64,000 nucleotides of DNA from the IMG/VR virus record IMGVR_UViG_3300045988_016718; one strand, given 5' to 3'. Shown one piece after another: positions 1 to 8,400 of this stretch. The notes below the pieces were generated by a model. That model had not been told where the DNA came from. It saw only the letters and a list, made by a program, of their open reading frames with translations, and made no database searches. This stretch comes from a virus. Numbering within the stretch: position 1 is the first letter of the stretch; each line of letters starts with the position of its first letter. A program made the translations under genes and the position numbers.

Positions 1-10
1 GAAACCTAGT

Positions 11-1621
11 ATGGCTTATAAGCAGTATCTTGCTCCTATTACTGATGATGTTAAATCAACTTCCAGACCATTTGGTCCTAGAGCTATCATGCAACAAAGA
101 GTTGATATTGCTGGTAATGTATTTTCACAGAAAGGTGGAGAACTTGGAGAGTATGATGGTGGATACATTATAGTTGATATGTACAGACCTGTAGTTGAAA
201 ACAGGTTTGGTGGAACAGGAGATGCAGCATATACTAACAATATATGGCATCCTGCTGGTAGCACAGTTAACTTCTATAATGTAGATGGCACTGTCAAACC
301 TAGTGTGAACATTGAATATACAGAGGGGGATACATTCTTCCAGAGGTATGATTGTTTAAAGACTTATCCTTGGAGTAATGATGAGAAGAATCAAATAGTT
401 GATTTGACTTCATTTATGTGTGAGACAAGGGTTAATATAGATGGAAGATATGACAGGAATAGAGGTAATAAGAGTAATCTTACTGCAACACCAGAGAACT
501 TCAATCTATTGAATCCTGTATATAGCCAGAAGAACAACTTCTTCACATATAACTATACATCAAGGGACATATCCTCTATTGACAGATTCCCTAATACAGT
601 AACTTGGACAAGTGAGAAAACTAATGGTTCTGTAGTTGATACTTGGACTAATATCACATTAGCTTCAACACTTGACTTAGATGGTGATAAGGGTGAAGTA
701 ATATCACTTAATACCTTGAACAATGAAATCTTCTGTTTCCAAGAACAGGGATTGAGTAATATTATCTTTAATCCTAGGGTACAGATTCCTGTTAGTGATG
801 GTGTACCTGTTGAGATTGGTAATAACTACAAGGTACAGGGTAAGAGATATGTAAGTAACCTTATAGGTTGTAGCAACAAATGGTCTATATGCCAGACTCC
901 AGCAGGTATATACTTCATAGATAATCTGACTAATGGCTTATATACATTTGATGGTCAATCTATAAGTTCATTGAGTGACAAACTTGGTTTCAGACAGTTC
1001 ATAGGTGCTAACAACACTCTTGATAGATGGAATCCTGTTGACTTCAAGAACTTCAGAACATTCTATGACAAGACTAATGATGATGTATACTTTATCAATG
1101 ATAAGTATTGTCTGGCTTATTCAGAGCTTATAGGTCAATTTACCTCATTCATGAGCTATGAAAAGACTCCTGTAATGTTAAACTATAGGGATAAATTCTA
1201 TGCAGTCAATAAGAATAAGGTATGGGAAATCAATGGTGGTGACTATAATATGTTCTATGGTGAGTTTAAACCATTCTATGTGACTATAGTAGCTAATCAG
1301 GATGAACCTGTTGACAAGATATTCAATACTGTCGAATACAGGGCTGATGTTAAAAGAGATGGTGAACTTATGCCTAATGAAACATTCACTCAATTGGATG
1401 TATGGAATGAGTATCAGCATGGTACTTTAGAACTGGTTAACAGGGTTGGTTATCCTTCTCCACTTAAGAGAAAGTTCAGGATATGGAGAGCTAACATACC
1501 AAGAGATAATGGTAATAGAAATAGGATAAGAAATACATGGGCTTATATTAAATTGCAGATGAATAAAGAGAGCACTGATAGCATGGAGCTTCATGACATT
1601 GGTGTGAGTTTCTTTGAGTAG
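11..1621 (+). CDS. virion structural (tail-module) protein; the frame stays open to the window edge, so the true start may lie upstream
   Basis: 536-aa ORF with only short low-complexity antisense ORFs nested in it. It is followed by a hairpin plus T-tract terminator and lies in the + strand block with Gly-rich and giant virion proteins. No catalytic motif recognised. Confidence 0.5.
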   Translation: MAYKQYLAPITDDVKSTSRPFGPRAIMQQRVDIAGNVFSQKGGELGEYDGGYIIVDMYRPVVENRFGGTGDAAYTNNIWHPAGSTVNFYNVDGTVKPSVNIEYTEGDTFFQRYDCLKTYPWSNDEKNQIVDLTSFMCETRVNIDGRYDRNRGNKSNLTATPENFNLLNPVYSQKNNFFTYNYTSRDISSIDRFPNTVTWTSEKTNGSVVDTWTNITLASTLDLDGDKGEVISLNTLNNEIFCFQEQGLSNIIFNPRVQIPVSDGVPVEIGNNYKVQGKRYVSNLIGCSNKWSICQTPAGIYFIDNLTNGLYTFDGQSISSLSDKLGFRQFIGANNTLDRWNPVDFKNFRTFYDKTNDDVYFINDKYCLAYSELIGQFTSFMSYEKTPVMLNYRDKFYAVNKNKVWEINGGDYNMFYGEFKPFYVTIVANQDEPVDKIFNTVEYRADVKRDGELMPNETFTQLDVWNEYQHGTLELVNRVGYPSPLKRKFRIWRANIPRDNGNRNRIRNTWAYIKLQMNKESTDSMELHDIGVSFFE

Positions 1622-1626
1622 AAATT

Positions 1627-1668
1627 AAGGGTGGCTAAGTCAAATACTTGGCTGCCCTTATTATTTTT
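1627..1668 (+). terminator. intrinsic terminator after the first + strand gene
   Basis: 13-bp stem aagggtggctaag / cttggctgccctt (3 G-U pairs), 7-nt loop, followed by attattttta. Confidence 0.7.
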
Positions 1669-1701
1669 ATAAGGTTTATTGCATATTACAAAGTCTTTAT
1701 G

Positions 1702-1709
1702 TATCTTTG
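1702..1709 (+). promoter_or_regulatory. Bacteroides-type -7 promoter box (TATCTTTG, extended TTTGCACAAAAT)
   Basis: Matches the TAnnTTTG consensus, 18 nt upstream of the ATG at 1727. Nearly identical to the box upstream of the giant RNAP gene (TATATTTGCACATAAT). Confidence 0.55.
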
Positions 1710-1726
1710 CACAAAATGAATTAATT

Positions 1727-3820
1727 ATGGCTAACAAGATAAAGAAGAAAAGGTTTCCTGTTAAACCTAAGGAACAAGGAGTACTTCCTTGGTTGGTTGA
1801 CCATCAAGGCAATATTTATGCTGGTGGTGGTATATTGGGAGCATTGACAGGAGCTAATAAGGCTATGGATGCTTCAAAATTAGGTGGACTAATGGGTGGT
1901 GCCAGTGGTATTAGTGGTATTGCAGGTGGCATAGTAAGTGCTGCATCAAATGCAATATCAGGTGGTATGTCTACTGGTGTAGGTGGAGCTATGCAAACTA
2001 TTGGTGGTATTGCATCTAATATCCCCGGTGTAGGTGGTCTTATTGGAGCAGGTGTTAATGTACTGGGTGGTCTGGTTAATAGAGCATTTGGTAGTCAAAT
2101 TAATGAGGAATTTGTTAATGAGACTAAGGCACAAACAGCAGAAGCAGCTAATACACAATTTGACAATAGTTCTATTGAGTCTGTAATACAACAGCAAATG
2201 GAGCATCAGGACTTAGGTAATGTACAAAAGTCACAGGTTGGTAAAGATGGATGGTTTAGTAGTAAGGCTAAAGACCTGACAGCAAAACTAAATAAGCAAA
2301 GACAAGCTGTTAATTTAGTTAATGATGAGAAGATTAATTTGGCACTTGAAGGAGCAGATGAAATGCAAGACTTGGATTTATTAGCAAACTTTGCTGCCTA
2401 TGGTGGACAACTATTCAAAGATGGTGGCGGTATCCACATAAAGAAAGCAAATAGAGGAAAGTTCACAGAATATTGTGGTGGTAAAGTAACTTCTGAATGT
2501 ATAGCAAGAGGCAAAAGAAGTAGTAGTCCTGCTGTAAGAAAGAGAGCTACATTTGCACAGAATGCAAGAGGCTGGCATCACAGTTTTGGTGGCTGGTTAA
2601 ACACACAAGGTGGGGACTTTAGTAATGGTATTACCATGATTGGCAATGGTGGTACACATGAACAGAATCCATTTGAAGGCGTACAAATGGGACTAGACCC
2701 ACAAGGAGTACCTAACTTAGTTGAAGAAGGTGAAGTAGTATTCAATGACTATGTATTCAGCAATAGACTTAAGGTACCTAAGAAAGACAGAAAGAGACTA
2801 AGATTAAAGGAAGGTACTTTTGCAGATGCAGCAGAAAAGCTACAAAAGGAAAGTGCTGAAAGACCTAATGACCCAATAAGTAGAAGAGGACTTGAAGCAA
2901 GTATGAACAGACTAGCAGGAATACAAGAGGGAGTAAGGGAAAGAAAGAGTGGAAATAAGTTTGCAGATGGTGGTAAGAAGAAAAATTACAGGGATGTTGA
3001 AGTTCCTATGGCTGGTATAAATACTGACTATAGTGGTCAATTGCCAACAAGACTTACTGCACCTAAAGGAGTAATACCTATTGAGGAACAAGTACCTGAT
3101 AGTGAATTAGCTCCTACTTGGATGAGATATGCACCAGCAGTTGGTTCTGCATTAGGAGTATTCAGTGATGCAATTGGTCTTACTAATACACCTGATTATG
3201 CACCAGCAGAGATGATAGGTGGAGTAATAACTCCAGTTAAACCGGTAGGTGCAAGACAGATTAACAACAGACTTACTTATAAGCCACTTGATACAAACTA
3301 TGAACTCAATAAGCTTGATGCTAATCAGGCTGCACAAAGGAGAGCATTAATCAATACTTCTGGTGGTAATAGGGCTACTGCTGCTGCTAACTTGATTGCA
3401 GCTAATGCTAATTATGGCAATCAGATGGGTGATTTACATAGACAGGCTGAACTGTATAATCAACAACAAAGACAGCAAGTTGAAGGATTCAACAGAGGTA
3501 CTAACCAGTTCAATGCAGAGGCACAAATGAGAGCTGATTTAGCTAATGCACAACAAGCTCAACAGATGAATGAACTAAGGTTGAAGCAGAAGTCAGCACA
3601 GGCTCAAATGTATGATACAGCTAATATGAGAAGCTCAATGGGCAGGGCAGCCAACCTTACTAATCTATTTGAGAATATAGGTGGTATTGGACAAGAGAAC
3701 TTCTCAAGGAATATGATAACAAGTAACCCAGCTCTTCTATATGATTTAGATAGTTCAGGTAGAGTACAATATAAGAAGAACAAAAAGAAAAAAGGGGGAA
3801 GATTGACTTATGGCAGGTAA
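1727..3820 (+). CDS. Gly-rich virion/ejection-type structural protein (glycine-zipper N-terminus, Q/N-rich coiled-coil C-terminus)
   Basis: The ORF track starts at a TTG (1679), but the in-frame ATG at 1727 (MANKIKKKRF) lies just downstream of the promoter box. Residues ~30-130 are G/A/S/I repeats (GGLMGGASGISGIAGGIVSAASNAISGG...) typical of membrane-inserting ejection or tape-measure-like proteins. The C-terminus is a Q-rich helix. Confidence 0.5.
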   Translation: MANKIKKKRFPVKPKEQGVLPWLVDHQGNIYAGGGILGALTGANKAMDASKLGGLMGGASGISGIAGGIVSAASNAISGGMSTGVGGAMQTIGGIASNIPGVGGLIGAGVNVLGGLVNRAFGSQINEEFVNETKAQTAEAANTQFDNSSIESVIQQQMEHQDLGNVQKSQVGKDGWFSSKAKDLTAKLNKQRQAVNLVNDEKINLALEGADEMQDLDLLANFAAYGGQLFKDGGGIHIKKANRGKFTEYCGGKVTSECIARGKRSSSPAVRKRATFAQNARGWHHSFGGWLNTQGGDFSNGITMIGNGGTHEQNPFEGVQMGLDPQGVPNLVEEGEVVFNDYVFSNRLKVPKKDRKRLRLKEGTFADAAEKLQKESAERPNDPISRRGLEASMNRLAGIQEGVRERKSGNKFADGGKKKNYRDVEVPMAGINTDYSGQLPTRLTAPKGVIPIEEQVPDSELAPTWMRYAPAVGSALGVFSDAIGLTNTPDYAPAEMIGGVITPVKPVGARQINNRLTYKPLDTNYELNKLDANQAAQRRALINTSGGNRATAAANLIAANANYGNQMGDLHRQAELYNQQQRQQVEGFNRGTNQFNAEAQMRADLANAQQAQQMNELRLKQKSAQAQMYDTANMRSSMGRAANLTNLFENIGGIGQENFSRNMITSNPALLYDLDSSGRVQYKKNKKKKGGRLTYGR

Positions 3821-5417
3821 TATGATAGTAATAGGAAGCAAGTTCAAGCCATTCAGCTATGATGAAATGATTAAACCCATACAGGTAGCTGATGCTGAAC
3901 ATAAAGCTCTTGAAGGTGAAATGGGGGAACTCTCAACCAGAGCAGGAGTATTTGAGAAACTTGCTAATGAACAGACAGACCCCGAAGCTTATGCTATGTA
4001 CAAACAGTATTCAACTGACTTAGCTTCACAGGCTGAATCACTTGCAAAGAGTGGTCTTACACCTGATAGTAGAACTGCACTCTCAAAGATGAGACAAAGG
4101 TATAGTCAGGAGATTACTCCTATTGAACAGGCATATAAGAGAAGAGATGAATTAACTAAGGAACAAAGGGAAGCAATGTTGAAAGACCCTACTCTGATGA
4201 TGAGTCAGGCAGCTTCAACACTTTCTTTGGATGATTTGATTAAGAATCCTAACCTAAGTTATCAGGCTTACAGTGGTAATATGCTTACTCAACAAGCTGC
4301 TCAAGCTGCAAGAGAATTAGCTAAGTATCAACAGGAGAAACCAAGAGAATGGAGAAAAATTCTTGGTGGTCAATACTTTGAAAGCATGATGAATAGGGGG
4401 TATACTCCTGAACAAGTTATCATGGCTGCAATGGATGACCCTAATGCACCTAAGGAACTGAAGAAGATAGCAGATGATGTATATGCTTCATCAGGTATTG
4501 ATACATGGGGTGATGACATAACTAAGCAAAGAGCTAAAGAGTTTATAGGTAGAGGATTATACAGTGCTATTGGTGATACACAATATCAACAGGTGCAGAA
4601 TCAAGAATACCTTGACCCACTGCAAAGGGCTAAACTAGCTGCTGCTCAAGGTGATAATAGTAATCCTAGATTAGGTTACAGACCAGTACCAAGAACTACA
4701 GTAAAGGATGCTGAAACTACTCAATTACAAGATGAAATCAACTTCCTTCAACAGGTAAAAGAGAACCCTGATATATTGAAAGAAGAGGCTGAAAGAGAAG
4801 TAAGAAATGAAGCAAGAGCTTATGGTGCTACTTGGGGTTCTTATGGTACTAAAGAGAAGTATCAACCTAATAGAGAGAAGTTAAAGAGAATCACTGATAA
4901 GTATGGTACAACTGACCCTGACTTTATTATACAAAAGGCAAAAGCTGAAATCAAAGGAGCAGCCATAAGAGACTTTACTTATTCAACTAATTTAGCTGAT
5001 AATAGCTTGTTAAATGATGTGGTAACACAGAACTTAGCTACTATGGCTATTAAGGATAAGATACCAGCTTATGAGTTCAAAGATGGCAAGAAAGGCAAAC
5101 AGCTTGAATCTGATGAACTGGCTGAAATTAAGCCTAACTCTGGTCACTTAGACTTTGACCCTCAAAGTGGTAACTTAGTCTATGTATATAGAGACAAGAA
5201 GGACAAACTTAAAAAGGCTGTACTTGACCCAGAAGTAGTAGATGATAAGAACAGAACCTTAAGGAACACTCAACAGTTAATAGAAGAAGCTAAAGAGAAG
5301 AAAGATTATGCAAGCATGAGCTTATTGATTGACTTCTATATGAGTGAACTTGATGGTAAGTTCAATACCCTTGCTAAGACTCAAGGCAAGACAGACAGTA
5401 AATTGTTTATGGAATAA
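3810..5417 (+). CDS. virion-module coiled-coil protein, function unknown
   Basis: 535-aa ORF overlapping the upstream stop by 11 nt. An alternative ATG at 3822 gives the TAAnATG coupling seen elsewhere in this genome. Charged, helical composition. Confidence 0.5.
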   Translation: MAGNMIVIGSKFKPFSYDEMIKPIQVADAEHKALEGEMGELSTRAGVFEKLANEQTDPEAYAMYKQYSTDLASQAESLAKSGLTPDSRTALSKMRQRYSQEITPIEQAYKRRDELTKEQREAMLKDPTLMMSQAASTLSLDDLIKNPNLSYQAYSGNMLTQQAAQAARELAKYQQEKPREWRKILGGQYFESMMNRGYTPEQVIMAAMDDPNAPKELKKIADDVYASSGIDTWGDDITKQRAKEFIGRGLYSAIGDTQYQQVQNQEYLDPLQRAKLAAAQGDNSNPRLGYRPVPRTTVKDAETTQLQDEINFLQQVKENPDILKEEAEREVRNEARAYGATWGSYGTKEKYQPNREKLKRITDKYGTTDPDFIIQKAKAEIKGAAIRDFTYSTNLADNSLLNDVVTQNLATMAIKDKIPAYEFKDGKKGKQLESDELAEIKPNSGHLDFDPQSGNLVYVYRDKKDKLKKAVLDPEVVDDKNRTLRNTQQLIEEAKEKKDYASMSLLIDFYMSELDGKFNTLAKTQGKTDSKLFME

Positions 5418-5418
5418 T

Positions 5419-8400
5419 ATGGCACAGGATAATTTTAACTATGGTACTCCATTAAAGGGAGTAAATAGAAGACAAGGTATACTTGATGAGTTAAAAAGGA
5501 ATGGATATGATGTATCATTTGCAGACCCTACACCCGGCTATGCTGCAAGACAGCAGGAGATGAATATAAGCACTCCTGCTGTGCAGGAGATTGGTGTAGC
5601 AGGTCTTAATGATAGCATGTATGATAAGGACATTACTTCTGCAACTCAACTTGATGACCTTAATAACACAAGAGGAGAACTTCAACCTTGGTATGCACAA
5701 TTAGGTGCAGGTCTTGGTAAAGGTGTAGTACTTGCTGGTACTACATTTCTTGATGGTACTCTTGGTGTAGTAGTAGGTGCAGCTAATGCTATAGACAAAG
5801 GTGAATGGTCAGGGTTCTGGGATAATGACTTTGCTAAAGGAATGAAGCAAGTAAATGATTGGTCAGAGCAAATGATGCCTAACTATAGAACCAATGAAGA
5901 AATTCAGAATGACCAAAATGGTGAATGGTACAAGAATATATGGACAGCTAACTGGTGGGGTGACAAGTTCATCAAGAACTTAGGTTTTACTGCTGGTGCT
6001 ATGGCTACTGGTAATCTTGTATCAGGTGCACTTAAAGGTGCTCCTGCTATGGTTAGGTCTATAGTTGGTTCTGCTGTATCTGCAATCAATGAAGGTAAGA
6101 TAGAAGCATATAACAATGCTAATGAATGGTATGACTTTGAGAAAGCAAAGGTAGATGATGCTTATCAACAAAGACTTCAAGCTATAGACCAGAACTATAA
6201 GGGTACTGAAATGTATAATGCACTTATGCAAGATGCAAAACAGACTTATGACCAGTCCCTTGCCAAGTTAAATGAGGATAAAGCCAAAGTGGGTAATGTA
6301 GACTTGGCTCTTAATATACCTATTCTTACAGCATCAAACTGGTTTATGTGGGGTAAATTGTATTCTAAGGGTGCTAATACAGCAATCAGAGATACAAAGA
6401 TAGCCATGAAGAATGGTAAATATGCTTCAACTAGAATGCCTGTCAAGGCTGCTGCTGGTTTCTTATCAGAAGGTGCTGAAGAAATGGAACAGAAGATTGC
6501 TGCTACTATCCCCGGACTTAAGTATGGTTCAGAGGTAGAGAACTTCTATATGTCCAAGTGGGACCCAGAAGCTGCACAGCAATCACTTAATTGGTTACAG
6601 GCATCAGCTAAGGGTATTAGTGATACAGTAGGTGACCCAGCTTCATGGGAAGAATTTACTATTGGTGCTATGACTGGTGCTATGGGTATGCCTATGTTCA
6701 GAAGTGCTAAATCAAGTGAAGGTAAATGGAGAAGTCCTGTAACTATTGAAGGTGGTATAGTTGGTGAATTTAGAGATTATCAAGAGGGTAAAGCCAGAGA
6801 TAATGAGATGATTAACTACTTGAATAGTAGAATTGAAGACCCTAATTTTCAGAACTATTATCAAGGATTAGTAAGACACAACTATTATCAGAATCAAATG
6901 GATGCTGCTGCTGCTGAAGGAGATGTTGCAGGATTCAAGGATGCAGAATCATCACAGTTTATATCTGATATTGTCATGTTTGACAATGCAGGTAAACTGA
7001 ATGACCTTACTGAAATGATTAATCAGGCATATGATACTTCTGATGAGAACCTCGATAATATCATTAAGAATACTACTGATGAGAATGGTAATGGTCCTTT
7101 CTCTACCAATGGTAATGCTATGGACAGAGAGGATATGATTCAAAGTCTTACAGAAGATAGAGATGATATTCTAAGGAAAATCAAGGATTACAGAACTACT
7201 AAGGACAAAATCATAAGAGTAGGAAGTCCTGACCTTACAAGTGAACAAGTGTCAGAACTTACTTGGCTTAACATGAAGCATGGTGACTATGTTGAGAGAT
7301 TCAATGAGGTTGCTGATGATATAAGAGAGGCATTGAAGATGAACTTTGCAACTCTTGAAAAGGAAGGTAAAACTATGGATAGAACCATACTTGACCTTAA
7401 TAACCAAGAGCTGCTTGCAGTACTTGCAGACCCTAAGAATGAAAGCTTTGTAGCAATGCAAAGTGCTGTCAGAAAGATTCTGAATGACAGTTACAATATT
7501 GACAAGGTTGATATTGAACAATCTGTTAAAGACCTTAAGAAGTTAGCAGAGAAAGCTGTAGAGTTCAGTAACAGGTTTACTGACTTGCTGACACATCCTG
7601 AAAAGATGCAGGAAGCAACATCAGCAGCTGATGAACAAGTAGCTAATAGGGCACAAGAAGAGCAACTTGCACAAGTAAGAGGACAACTTACTAATGCTCA
7701 ATCATTCAGTGATATAGCAGATATAGTAGGTGAAAACAATGTAGGTGATGAACTGTTAAGCGAGAATACTAATCCACTGGCTAAGGACTTCAAGAAAGCA
7801 ATGTCATTTGGTGCTGAAATGGGTAAGCTTATCAATGAATCTGAACTATCAGATGCAGATAAAGAAGCTCTTAATGCATTACTTGACAAGAGATTCAAGG
7901 AAGAAAAATCACTTGCTGATTTAACTAGTCCTGAACTTATTACAGAACCAGAAGGTGAACTAAGTGAAGCAGCTGCTAATCTATTTCAGAATATGATAGC
8001 AGAAGCTGCAACTAATGCACAGGAAAAGGATGCTATTCCTGATGCAACTCCTACACCCAGTGGTAGAGAAGTTGGTAAGGAAACTACAGGAAGTGATGCT
8101 ACTACAACAATACCTACTGAAACCAAGAATCCCTATAATGACCTTATAGGTGAAGTAAGTCAGACTATTGACAAAGAGTATCTTGATGATTTAAGTCTGG
8201 CTCCAAGAATTAGAACACTTGAAACTTTAGTAGCTAAGGCTGCTTCAACCAAAAGTGAGGAAGATATAAGAAAGGCATCATCAGAATTAAACAATCTTAT
8301 AGATGATATAGGTGGTTTACCTGAAATGTCAAGTGAGGATACTTATAATAAGGTACAGAAACTAATAGGTACTATTGCAAGTAGAATACCTCAAATACCT